Source: Malacoraja senta (Eukaryota). Taken from it: a DNA stretch of 64,000 nt. The stretch spans positions 930,001 to 994,000 of the forward strand of contig CM075988.1 of NCBI GenBank assembly GCA_038087875.1, read 5' to 3'. The notes under the pieces were generated by a model. It saw only the letters and a program-made list of their open reading frames with translations, was not told the origin of the DNA and made no database searches. Made by a program: the position numbers and the translations under genes. This document shows, piece after piece, positions 24,962 through 37,344 of this stretch; positions within the stretch are counted from its first letter, which is position 1; every line of letters starts with the position of its first letter.

Positions 24962-27900
24962 CAGAGCATTCAGAAAGTATTCAGACCCCTTCACCTTTTC
25001 CACTTATTGTCTTATTCTAAAATGGATTAAATTCATTTTTTCAAAATCATCAAACTACACACAATACCCCATAATAAAAAAGCAAAAACAGGTGTTTAGA
25101 AATTTTTGCAAAGTAATTAAAAAGAAATAGGATATGGAATTATGTGAGGTAAGGGAAACAAGCAGATTAGCAATGGAAACTATGAGATTCAAAGAAGAGG
25201 AGGTGCGGACACTTTTGAAAAAGATGAAAACGGATAAGTCCAGGTCCTGACAGGATATTCCCGAGGACATTGAGGGAAGTTAGTGTAGAAATAGCAGGGG
25301 CTATGACAGAAATATTTCAAATGTCATTAGAAACGGGAATAGTGCCGTTGGCATACTGAGCGTGTTGTTCCGTTGTTTAAAAAGGGTTCTAAGAGTAAAC
25401 CTAGCAATTATACACCTGTTAGTTTGACGTCAGTGGTGGGCAAATTAATGGAAAGGATACTTAAAGATAATATATATAAGCATCTGGATAAGCAGGGTCT
25501 GATTAGGAACAGTCAACATGGATTTGTGCCTGGAAGGTCATGTTTGACTAATCTTCTAGAATTTTTCGAAGAGGTTACTAGGGAAATTGATGAGGGTAAA
25601 GTAGTGGATGTTGTCTATATGGACTTCAGTAAGGCCTTTGACAAGGTTCCTCATGGAAGGTTGGTTAAGAAGATTCAATTGTTGGGTATTAATGGTGGAG
25701 TAGCAAGATGGATTCAACAGTGGCTGAATGGGAAATGCCAGAGAGTAATGGTGGATGGCTGTTTGTCAGGTTGGAGGCCGGTGACTAGTGGGGTGTCTCA
25801 GGGGTCTGTGTTGGGTCCACTGTTGTTTGTCATGTACATCAATGATCTGGATGATGGTGTGGAAAATTGGATTAGTAAGTATGCAGATGATACTAAGATA
25901 GGTGGTGTGGTGGATAATGAAGTAGATTTTCAAAGTCTACAGAGAGATTTAGGCCATTTGGAAGAGTGGGCTGAAAGATGGCAGATGGAGTTTAATGCTG
26001 ATAAATGTGAGGTACTACATCTCGGCAGGACAAATCAAAATCGGACGTACATGGTAAATGGTAGAGAATTGAGGAATGCAGGTGAACAGAGGGATCTAGG
26101 AATAACTGTGCATAGTTCCCTGAAGGTGGAATCTCATGTAGATAGGGTGGTAAAGAAAGCTTTTGGTGTGCTGGCCTTTATAAATCAGTGCATTGAATAT
26201 AGAAGTTTGGATGTAATGTTAAAATTGTACAAGGCAGTGGTGAGGCCAATTCTGGAGTATGGAGTACAATTTTGGTCGCCTAATTATAGGAAGGATGTCA
26301 ACAAAATAGAGAGAGTACAGAGGAGATTTACTAGAATGTTGCCTGGGTTTCAGCAACTAAGTTACAGAGAAAGGTTGAACAAGTTAGGTCTTTATTCTTT
26401 GGAGCGCAGAAGGTTAAGAGGGGACTTGATAGAGGTCTTTAAAATTATGAGCGGGTTAGACAGAGTGGACGTGGATAAGCTTTTCCCCTTAAGAGTAGGG
26501 AAGATTCAAACAAGGGGACATGACTTGAGAATTAAGGGACAGAAGTTTAGGGGTAACATTAGGGGGAACTTCTTTACTCAGAGAGTGGTAGCTGTGTGGA
26601 ATGAGCTTCCAGTGGAAGTGGATCGATTTTATCCTTTAAAAATAGATTGGATGGGTATATGGACGGGAAAGGAATGGAGGGTTATGGTCTGAGTGCAGGT
26701 AGATGGGACTAGGGGGAAGTATTTATTTAAAAAAAATAATTTAAAAAAAATAATAATAATAATAATGTTCGGCACGGACTTGAAGGGCCGAGATGGCCTG
26801 TTTCCGTGCTGTAATGGTTATATGGTTAAATAACTGAAATATCACATTTACATAAGTATTACATAAGTATTCAGACTCTTTACTTAGAACTTTGTTGAGG
26901 CACTTTTGGCAGCGATTACAGCCTCGAGTCTTCTTGGGTATGATGCTACAAGCTTGGCACACCTGCATTTGGGTAATTCCCCCCATTCTTCTCTGCAGAT
27001 CCTCTCAAGCTCTGTCAGTGTCGATGCACATCTATTTTCAGGTCCCTCCAGAGATGTTCGATCGGGTTGGGACATTCAAGGACATTCACAGTCTTGTCAC
27101 GAAGCCACTCCTGTGTTGTCTTGGCTGTGTGCTTAGGGTCGTTGTCCTGTTGGAAGGTGAACCTCTGCCACAGTCTGAGGCCCAGAACGCTCTGGAGCAG
27201 GTTTTCATCAAGGACTGTTCTGTACTTTGCTCCGTTCATCTTTCCCTCGATCCTGACTAGTCTCTCAGTTCCTGCCGCTGAGAAACATCCCCACAGCATG
27301 ATGCTGCCACCACCATGTCTAACCCTAGGTATGGTATTGGCCAGGTAATGAGCGGTGCCTGGTTTCCTCCAGATGTGATGCTTGGCATTCATGCCAATGA
27401 GTTCAATCTTTGTTTCATCACACCAGAGAATCTTGTTTCTCATGCCTGTTGGCAAACTCCAAGCGGGCTGTCATGTGCCTTTTACTGAGGAGTGGCTTCT
27501 GTCTGACCACTCTACCCTAAAGGCTGATTGGTGGAGTGCTGCAGATATGGTTGTCCTTCTGGAAGGTTCTCCCATCTCCTCTGAGGAACTCTGGAGCTCT
27601 GTCAGAGTGACCATCAAGTTCTTGGTCACCTCCCTGACCAAGGCAGTTCTCCCCTCATTGTTCAGTTTGGCTGGGCGGCCAGCTCTATGAAGAGTCCTGG
27701 TGGTTCCAAAGTTCTTCCATTTAAGAATGACGGAGGCCATTGTGCTCTTTGGGACCTGCAATGTTGCAGAAATTGTTTTATACCCTTTCCCAGATCTGTG
27801 TCTCGACACAATCCTGTCTCGGAGGTCTACGGACAATTCCTTCGTCTTCATGGCTTGGTTTTTGCTCTGACATGCACTGTCAACTGTGGGACCTTATATA

Positions 27901-28230
27901 GACAGGTGTGTGCCTTTCCAAATCATGTACAATCAATTTAATTTGCCACTGGTGGACTCCAATCAAGTTGTAGAAACATCTCAAGGATAATCAATGGAAA
28001 CAGGATGAATGTAAGCTCCATTTTGCGTGTCATTGCAATGGGTCTGAATACTTCTGTAAATGTGATATTTCAGTTACTTTTTAATTACTTTGCAAAAATT
28101 TCTAAACTTCATGCTGGGGTATTGTGTGTAGATTGATGATAAAAAATGAATGTAATCCATTTTAAAATAAGGCTGTAACGTAACAAAATGTGGAAAAGTG
28201 AAGGGGTCTGAATACTTTCTGAATGCACTG
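24962..28230 (-). mobile_element. Tc1/mariner transposon (IR/DR type), defective
   Basis: TA TSD; TIR CAG(A/T)GCATTCAGAAAGTATTCAGACCCCTTCAC at both ends; [39 protein letters not shown] with deletions. Confidence 0.95.
25130..26827 (+). mobile_element. CR1 family B inserted in the Tc1 inverted repeat
   Basis: TSD AAATA (25125-25129, 26828-26832); RT ORF 25373-26692 with YADD. Confidence 0.93.
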
Positions 28231-29324
28231 TAGGTTGGGGCAGGGTGTAGGTGTCAGGTGGGGGAGGGGATGGTGTCGGTGGAGGAAAGGGAGGGTGTCT
28301 GTGAGGGACGGGAGGGTGTAGGTTGGGTCAGGGTGTAGGTAAGTCAGGTGGGGGAGGGGGGCATGTAGGTGTCAGGCTGCCACTGCTGCAATCTGGCAGT
28401 AAGAAGGTGAAAATGGGAACCCTTTGGGGGAGGGTTGAAGGACATTTAGAACCAGAACCAAAGGGGAAGAGGAACGGGTGGCGTGGGTGGGTTAAACACA
28501 CAAATAGTAGGTGGATGGTACTGGGAGGGAGAGGGGGAGTTTGGAAAAGGGAACAATGGGAGGCCTGGAGATGGATTGGATGGAGAGAGAGAGAAAGTGT
28601 TGAACATAGAAGAGGAGGGTTACCTGAAATTGGGAAATTCGATATTCATTGCAATGGGTTGTGGAGCTCCCTGGCAGAAGGAAAGCAACACCTCAGAACA
28701 TTGTTCCCACCCCTGCCTCCTTCCGATCCTCCTCTCATTTTGGCTTCCTCCCTCCTCTTCTGGTTCTATCCAACTATTACCCACACATTTATCCACCCAC
28801 TCTCCCTCTAGATAGTTCTAGCTTCATCTGACCTTACCCCTCCCCTAATGAGTCCTTTATCACATTCCTTACTATCAGATTCCAGCACTGGCAGCCTCTG
28901 TTTTCCAGCTGATCACCGTCCCGCAGCTGACTCGACCTTCACCCTTCCCTCCTCCACCTCCCATCATCTGGCTCCATCGTCTGCTTCCCATCTCCACCCC
29001 ACCTGTCTCCATCAACTCATCATCGTTCACCTCTCCTCGATCCACCATTCACCTACTGGCCCCCATCTCACCCCTCCCTTGCCTTTTTATGCTCATTGCC
29101 TGCCCTACACTTTGTCCCGATGAGGGGTCTCGCGCTTTCCTCCACAAATGTGTTTGGTCTATTGAGTTCCTCCAGAATACTGTTTCTGTTTTACAGAGTG
29201 AAATGTGATGGTAATTTTGGAGTTGTTTGAACTTGCACTGGAAATGTACTTTCTGGTGACGTGGTTCTTGTGTTGGTTTCATGATGATTTAGTTCAGTAA
29301 ATCGAAAGTCCAAGAACACAAAAT

Positions 29325-30059
29325 GCTGTAGAAAGTGGTGGACATTGCGCAGTCCATCACGGGTATTGACCTCCCCACCATAAACAGTCACGGTGGCATA
29401 GCGGTAGAGTTGCTGCCTTACAGCAAAATGCAGCGCCAGAGACCCGGGTTCGATCCCGACTATGGGTGCTGTTTGTATGGCGATTGTACGTTCTCCCCGT
29501 AATCTGCGTGGGTTTTCTCCGAGATCTTCGGTTACCTCCCACACTCCGAAGACATACAGGTTTGTAGGTTAATTGGCTTGATAAAAATGTTAAATTGTCC
29601 AAGTTGGCGATATGCAGAGTACTGCCCTGCCGACTACAAAATTCAGAAGGTAAAAGGGATCTACAGTAAGCACTGTGTCAGCAAAGCAGCTGATATCATC
29701 AAAGACCCACATCACCCTGGCCACACTCTCATCTTACCGCATCCAACAGGGAACCTGAGAACCGTGACCTCCAGATTAATGAACAGCTACTTCCCATCAA
29801 ACATCAGGCTCTTGAAGGACACTGCACAACCTGAAGCACAACTCCACCCTAGCAACCAATCACTCTTGACTTGGTATAACGTTGCGCTACGTACTTCATC
29901 TTGCGCAATTATGGTCTGGTTATCTAATTTTACTGATAATTTATTGTATTATTGGTTATTATATATTTGTTGTGTTATATTAACGTGTTTGTAAAGCTGT
30001 AGCAAGTGAATAATGTCATTATTCTGGCCCTGCATATTGTCTGCATGTGACAATTAAAC
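29325..30059 (+). mobile_element. Rex1/Babar-like 3' fragment interrupted by an HE1 SINE (~29388-29600)
   Basis: KVVDIAQSITG...IIKDPHHPGH...TSRLMNSYFPSNIRLL; ends TGTGACAATTAAAC. Confidence 0.65.
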
Positions 30060-30356
30060 ACGGTGGCGCAGTGGTAGAGTTGCTGCTTTACAGCACCAGA
30101 GACCCAGGTTTGATCCTGACTGTGGGTGCTGTCTGTATGGAATTTGTGTCCTCTCCCCGTGACCTACGTGGATTTTCTCCAAATGGCTCCTCATTCCTCC
30201 CACACTCCAAAAGACAGGTTTGTAGGCTAATTGGCTTGGTAAAATTGTAAATTGTCCCTAGTGTATGTAGGATACTGTTAATGTGGGGGGTCGCTGGTGG
30301 GCCGACTCAGTGGGCCGAAGGGCCTTCTCCCATGCTGTACCTCTAAACTAAACTCT
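30060..30356 (+). mobile_element. HE1-like SINE
   Basis: A/B boxes; tail CTCTAAACTAAAC. Confidence 0.82.
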
Positions 30357-30509
30357 CAACTCTGAAATCCATGCTCATAATTCATTGCCATAACTAAACA
30401 AATTTGAGAATAAGGAAAAAGAAAAAGGAAAAAGAAAACCTGAAGTTCTGTCACTTTGCCCTTTTCTGTGGTCTCAGGGTGAGTACTGCTTCATGTGATT
30501 TCCTTGCAG

Positions 30510-30643
30510 GAGAAGCAAACACAGTCTGGCATCAAGCTGAATATAACTGCACCTTTCCAGCTATGATTGAGGATTGGAGGCAAGTCTTTCATAAAGGATC
30601 TGGAGGTTCCACAGAAGTTAACTTTCCTTTTGGGTTTGTCCAG
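30510..30643 (+). CDS. SIAE: SIAE coding exon
   Basis: ttgcag|GA...CAG|gtaac, 134 nt; completes WYQGEAN; YNCTFPAMIEDWRQVFH...FPFGFVQ. Confidence 0.95.
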
Positions 30644-32499
30644 GTAACTTAACACCTTGATCTTATTTATGCTATCTCTAATTCTCAAATTGTAGCCAGA
30701 ATTTGATAAGCTTCATATTATTGTTTGTGCTCGTGCCTTGTTGTAAATCGTTGAATGGTTACAGCATAGAAAATGGTCATTGTGTCCCTGCTGACTTCTG
30801 GATCCAAGTTCTGTGTTCTAAAACTTGATACTGGTGCATTTGTCATCATAGTAGAGAATCACAATGGGTCATGCTTGACAATTTAGGCAGTGCAGCACCT
30901 GTCGGTAATGCCTCAACACTGCAAAGGCCTCTGAAGATATGCTGATCTGATGTCAACATTCATGCAATGTTCAATATTCTTCTCAATGGATCTTTAAGAT
31001 CAATGGTCTGAAAAGCAAAGCTCTTGTTTACTCACAAAACAATCTGCTTTTATTAATCCCATTTCCCCTGAAACTGATTTGCAAATGGTCTACAAAACTG
31101 TTTTCTTTGTTCGGGTAAAAATATGACACAAAGTGTTGTAGTAACACAACAGGTCAGGTAGCATCTTTGGAGAGGTGATGTTTCAGGTCAGGACCCTTCT
31201 TCAGACCCTGTAGATCTTTGTAGGCTCCTCTACATCTCTACCATAGTTCACACATCGATGGAACTTCCATGCATCAGTTTTCCTCCACTCCTAACAGACT
31301 GCAAATATTGGTTGGCAAGGAGCTGTATCACTGTTTTGGATGCCCCAGACAGACATGCAGACCAAAAGGGGGGACAATAAAGGTGCTTCACCAATGATCT
31401 CATCCACTCGGTGTTTATAGGTACCCTTGCTCAATGCCTGCACAGGTTCGGCTTCAACACGACTGTCATTGCTGAGATTTGTAACTCCTGCACTCCAATT
31501 CAGGCTAGGGCTGTGTTGCCCAAGGAAAACAGAACGGTACAGCACAGGAACAGGCCCTTCAGCCCACAAAGTCCATGAAGAACATGATGCCAATTTAAAC
31601 ACTCTGCCTACACATGATCCATATTGCTCCATTCATTGCATATCCATGTGCCTATCCAATAGCTTCTTGGATGCCACTATCTTATCTACCCCCACCACCA
31701 CCACCCTTGTTAGGATGATCCAGGCACCAACCATCCTCTTTGGATCAAATAATTTACCATGCACATCTCCCTTAAAGCTCTGCCCTCTAGTCGTTGACAA
31801 TTCCACCCTGGGCAAAAGGCTCTAACCTTATCTATGGCTTTCATAATTTTGGTCAGGTCTCCCCTCAACCTCTGTCGCTCCAGAGAAAACAATCCAAGCT
31901 TGTCAATCCTCTCATAGCCTAACCTCTCTAATCCAGTTAACATTCTGGTAAACTTCTTCTACACTCTTTTCAAAGCCTCCACATCTTCCTTGGGGTGATC
32001 AGAAGGAGATGAGTGACACAATCAACTTATTTTCAGGATCTTTCCAGGCTCCTGCCAATGATCATGCCACATGGTTTTCTGCTCACAACAGCGTCAACCT
32101 TGCACTGTACTCAAGGAGGGAACACACTATTTTCCTTCGGCTCAAATCATGTAGTAACTCTCCTTCCAAAAACATTTCTGGCAACTTTCTGCTGGGAGAC
32201 CTCGGCATTGGCCCTAGAGGGTCTTCACAGATCCCAATACAACAAAAGCCTTGTGCCTTGGTTTATCTTAGCCCTAAGAGTACTTCACCTCCCCATCCCA
32301 CCACTGAAGCAAGCATTCCTGAAGTTGCATCGCTCTCAAGCAACTGAATCAGAAAATTACAAGTGGAATAATCTAATGTTAAACTCTATCTGCTCAACCT
32401 TTCCTGATAACAATGGCACAATGGGATGTAGAGGGTAAGTGAATGGGCAAATAATTGCAGAGGGTATATAATGCCATGTAATGTAGTATTGGGCGAGGT

Positions 32500-32817
32500 G
32501 TTGGGTGAGTCCAGAACCAGAGACCACAGTTTTAGAATAAAGGTTAGGCCATTTAAGACTGAGGTGAGAAAAATCTTTTTCACCCAGAGAGTTGTGAATT
32601 TGTGGAATTCCCTGCCACAGAGGGAAGTGGAGGCCAAGTCACTGGATGGATTTAAGAGAGAGTTAGATAGAGCTCCAGGGGCTAGTGGAATCAAGGGATA
32701 TGGGGAGAAGGCAGGCACGGGTTATTGATTGGGGACAATCAGCCATGATCACAATGAATGGCGGTGCTGGCTCGAAGGGCCGAATGGCCTCCTGCACCTA
32801 TTTTCTATGTTTCTATG
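32500..32817 (+). mobile_element. CR1 family A 3' end
   Basis: GESRTRDHSFRIK...GYGEKAG; (TTTCTATG)n tail. Confidence 0.9.
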
Positions 32818-33655
32818 TAATGAGGTGATCCACCATTGCAGGAATAGAGACACCATTTAGTTTAAATGGAAAGAGAGTGCAGGACATGATTGTAAGGGTC
32901 CTGCAAGAAACATACATTTAACAAGGAAGCCCTTCACCCCAGGAATCAAACTAGCAAGCTGTTTGTGAGCTGCTTCCACTGTAAACCACATTTGGGTGAG
33001 GACTACACTTATGGAGGTTGTACTTTTATGGAAACATAAAAGACTGCAGATGCTGGAATCTGGTGCAGCAAACAATCTTCTGGAGGAACTCCGCGGGTCA
33101 AGCTGCATATCTTTTTCCCCTCCACCCCAAACATGATGCTCAACTGAGTTCTTCACTGGATAGTTTCTCCTTATTCTTGCATCCAATTGCCACCTGAACA
33201 GCTACTTGCTGTACTTGTTAAATATGTGGTTCGTGCAGGCGAGCCTCCAGACTCTTTCAGTCATGTCCTGTACACTCTTTCCATTTAAACAAAATGCTGC
33301 TTTTCTATTCCTGCCACGGTGGATCACCTCATTTCCATGCATTATATGCCCTCTGCAATTATTTGCCCTCTCGCTTACCCTCTCTGCATCCCATTGTGCT
33401 GTTCTTACAACTCGCATTCTCAATCATGATTGTATCATAATCACACCTAGTGTTTATGCATCTGAATGGCTGCTATAGATTGCGAAGTACCACATGCGAT
33501 GGTATGAGTAATGGCCCCACTGCTCACAGCTGCAAGCATCTCTGTGGGACATGTGTGCTAATATTGACAATCAGTGAGCTTTTATCACAAGTGAAAAGTA
33601 GGAAGGAAGTTTCTTGGCTCTGGTATTTAACATTACTGTATTTGTTTATTTATAG

Positions 33656-33810
33656 CTTTCTGCCTATCATCATGTAATCCCAGATGATTCCTTCCCCTTG
33701 ATCCGCTGGCATCAAACAGCTGATCTTGGTTATGCTCCAAACCCTAAAATGAGACGAACATTCATGGCAGTTGCAATGGACCTAGGTGATGAGAATTCTC
33801 CCTACGGCAG
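33656..33810 (+). CDS. SIAE: SIAE coding exon
   Basis: ttatag|CTT...GCAG|gtacg, 155 nt; LSAYHHVIPDDSFPLIRWHQTADLGYAPNPKMRRTFMAVAMDLGDENSPYG. Confidence 0.95.
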
Positions 33811-33859
33811 GTACGTAACAAAGTTTAATATATTTTTTCAAGACATGGCTAAGTAACGT

Positions 33860-34165
33860 TTAGCTTAGTTTAGAGATACAGCGCAGAAACAGGCCCTTCA
33901 GCCCACCGAGTCTGCACCGACCAACAATCCACGCATGCTAACACCATCCTGCACACTAGGGACAATTTATAATTTTACCAAGCCAATTAACCTACAAACC
34001 TGTACGTCTTTGCAGTGTAGGAGGAAACCGGAGCTTCCGGAGAAAACCCACGCAGGTCACGGGGAGAACGTACAAACTCCATACAGACAGCACCCGTAGT
34101 CAGGATCGAACCTGGGTCTCTGGCGCTGTAAGGCAGCAACTCTGCTGCTGCGCCACCGTGTCGCC
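33860..34165 (-). mobile_element. HE1-like SINE, near full length
   Basis: A-box GGTGGCGCAGCAG, B-box GGTTCGATCC, CR1-shared tail. Confidence 0.88.
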
Positions 34166-34839
34166 CCAACTTCATAGAGTCAGAGTCATATGGCATAGCA
34201 CAGAAACGGGGCTTTCAGCCCAACATGTCCACGCTGACCAAGTTGCCATTCCAGACATCCCATATCACTCTAAACCCTTCCTACCCATATATCTGTCCAA
34301 TGTCTTTTGTAAGTCGTAATTGTATCTGTTTCTAGACCATCCTTTGACAGCTCATTCCAGATACAGATGACCCTCTGAGTGAAAAGGTTGACGCTGACGT
34401 CCCTTTGAAATCTCTCCCATCTCATCTTAAGTCTTTGCCGTCTAGTTTCAGGACCCTTTATCCTGGGGAAAGCGTGTGAGCATTAATTTAATCAATGACC
34501 CTCTTGATTTTGTACTTAGAACAGTACTGTACAAGAGCATGCCCTTGGGCCCACAATGTTTGTGTTGAACATGATGACACAAACTTTTTATCTACCTGCG
34601 CATAATCCATCTCCCTCCATTCCCTGCATATCCATATGCCTATCCAAAAACCTCTTAAATGCCACTATCACATCTGCCTCAACCACCAACCCGAGCAGTG
34701 CGTTCCAGACACACCACCCCCTGAGTAAGGAAAAAATGGCTGCTCCGCACATCTCATCAACTTTGCCCCTCTCACCTTAAAGCTAGGCCCTCTAGCCTTT
34801 GACATTTCCACCTTGGGGGATAAAGGTTCTGATTATCTA

Positions 34840-35195
34840 ATAATAATGATAATAATAATGGATTGGATTTATATAGCGCCTTTCTAATACCCAAGGCGCT
34901 TTACATCGCATTATTCATTCACTCCTCAGTCACACTCGGTGGTGGTGAGCTACTTCTGTAGCCCCAGCTGCCCTGGGGCAGACTGACGGAAGCGTGGCTG
35001 CTAATCTGCGCCTACGGCCCCTCCGACCACCACCAATCACTCACACACATTCACACACATGCACACGCAGGCAAAGGTGGGTGAAGTGTCTTGCCAAAGG
35101 ACACAACGACAGTATGCACTCCAAGCGGGATTTGAACCAGCTACCTTCCGGTTGCCAGCCGAACACTTAGCCCATTGCGCCATCTGTCGTCCTAA
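34840..35195 (-). mobile_element. tRNA-derived CORE-SINE with L2-type tail
   Basis: A-box TGGCGCAATGG, B-box GGTTCAAATCC, CORE-like GTGTCCTTTGGCAAGACACTTCAC, tail TGTAAAGCGCC...GGCGCTATATAAAT(ATT)n; TSD TATCTA. Confidence 0.8.
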
Positions 35196-35589
35196 TATCT
35201 ACCGTATCTATGCCTCTCACAACCTCCAGCATTCCAGAGAAAACAATATAAGTCTGTCCAATCTCTCTCGAGCTAAAATGCCCTAATCCAGGCAATATTC
35301 TGGTAAACCTCTGTACCCTTTCCAAAGCCATTGTATTCTTCCTGCAATGGGGTGACCAGAACTACACGCAATATTCCAAATGTAGCCTAACCAACGAGTC
35401 GCCGATCAAAATGGTTCCGTTTCTCCTTTCCTTTCCTGGCTGTGGCTCCGAACCAGGCCTGACACCGTTGGTGCTGCTGCTGTTCTTCCCAGGCTCCTCT
35501 TCTCCATAACAGTATTCAAAGGAACATGCCTGTTATGCAGGGGAACAGCCCCAGGGTATTCGTGCACTCCCTGCGAACTCCCATTCCTG

Positions 35590-37276
35590 CAAGTACGTGC
35601 CGTCAGGAAATTTATAAAAATTATAAAATGGTCATTATTTTATATATATAAAATATATATGTTTTATTTATATATGTTTTATATGTATAAAATATATATA
35701 AAACATATATAAAATGGTCATAAATAGTAAAGGCACGGGAGAATTATGCTTCGCTAAGAGATCGATCACTTAGGGAGGCATAATTCTCCCGTGCCTTTCA
35801 TCCGCAGTACATTTAAAACACGGAAGTATGTGCTACTCACGTGCCGTAGACGCTGCTTCAAGCCATCAGTGGCAACGGCCCGTAAAGGCTGCTGAAATTG
35901 TGCCTTTACACCGTGGACTGCGTGCATGTGTTGCGCTGCGCACTGCACATGCGCACCAGCCTACTGCACATGCGCAAGTTTCTTGGCGGGTTTTTCAAAG
36001 ATGGATAGTGATTACCTGAAGAGTTTCTCGAAGCAAACTTACAAGGAAAAGACCAAAATAATTAAAAATGGCAGACCAACGCCGGAACTTAAAGAACTTC
36101 AACAGGGCAAAGGAACACAAATAAATACAACATTTAAAACAGCTTGGTACAACAGGAAACAGGAAAGTAGACTATTATCTGAATGGTGGCCGATTAGGAA
36201 AAGGGGAGATGCAACGAGATCTGGGTGTCATGGTACACCAGTCATTGAAAGTAGGCATGCAGGTGCAGCAGGCAGTGAAGAAAGCAAATGGTATGTTAGC
36301 ATTCATAGCAAAAGGATTTGAGTATAAGAGCAGGGAGGTTCTACTGCAGTTGTACAGGGTCTTGGTGAGGCCACACCTGGAGTATTGCGTACAGTTTTGG
36401 TCACCAAATCTGAGGAAAGACATTCTTGCCATAGAGGGAGTACAGAGAAGGTTCACCAGACTGATTCCTGGGATGGCAGGACTTTCATATGAAGAAAGAC
36501 TGGATAGACTCGGCTTGTACTCGCTAGAATTTAGAAGATTGAGGGGGGATCTTATAGAGACTTACAAAATTCTTAAGGGGTTGGACAGGCTAGATGCAGG
36601 AAGATTGTTCCCGATGTTGGGGAAGTCCAGAACAAGGGGTCACAGTTTAAGGATAAAGGGGAAGTCTTTTAGGACCGAGATGAGAAAATCATTTTTCACA
36701 CAGAGACTGGTGAATCTGTGGAATTCTCTGCCACAGAAGGTAGTTGAGGCCAGTTAATTGGCTATATTTAAGAGGGAGTTAGATGTGGCCCTTGTGGCTA
36801 AAGGGATCAGGGGGTATGGAGAGAAGGCAGGTACAGGATACTGAGTTGGATGATCAGCCATGATCATATTGAATGGCGGTGCAGGCTCAAAGGGCCGAAT
36901 GGCCTACTCTTGCACCTATTTTCTATGTTTCTATGAAACAAAGAGAGAAAAATGGATTTTGTGTACAAATAATATGATAAGTAAATTTCTTTGAGCTATA
37001 TGTTTTTAAATACTTTATTAAGAGATAGGACCTATTGAAGACAAATTACTTGATAAAAGTCGAGAGAACAATCTGTGCATGCACGGTTTCCAAGATTTTT
37101 TAAAGCCGACTGACAGCTCACCAGGGATAGAACAATCTGCGCATGCGTGGTTTCCACGATTTTTTTTAAAAGCCGACTGATAGCTCACCGGGGAGAGAAC
37201 AATCTGCGCATGCGCGGTTTTCAAGATTTTTAAAAGCCACTGCCTACCTTGACTAATTACTCACGGCACGTGCCTG
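35590..37276 (+). mobile_element. Internally deleted hAT element
   Basis: TIRs CA(A/G)G(T/C)ACGTGCCGT; 8-bp TSD CATTCCTG/CTTTCCTG; transposase-like N-terminus MDSDYLKSFSKQTY...GRPTP...FKTAWYNRK; ~65-bp subterminal repeats 37060-37235. Confidence 0.8.
36162..36934 (+). mobile_element. CR1 (A-related subfamily) 3' fragment inside the hAT
   Basis: TSD GAAACA; ORF 36209-36757. Confidence 0.9.
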
Positions 37277-37344
37277 CTTTCCTGGTGGACAAAAATGCTG
37301 GAGAAACTCAGCGGGTGAGGCAGCATCTATGGAGCGAAGGAAAT

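Noticed and set aside
35120..35195. tRNA genes (here and in HE1 heads)
   Set aside because: SINE heads with A/B boxes joined to SINE bodies and tails
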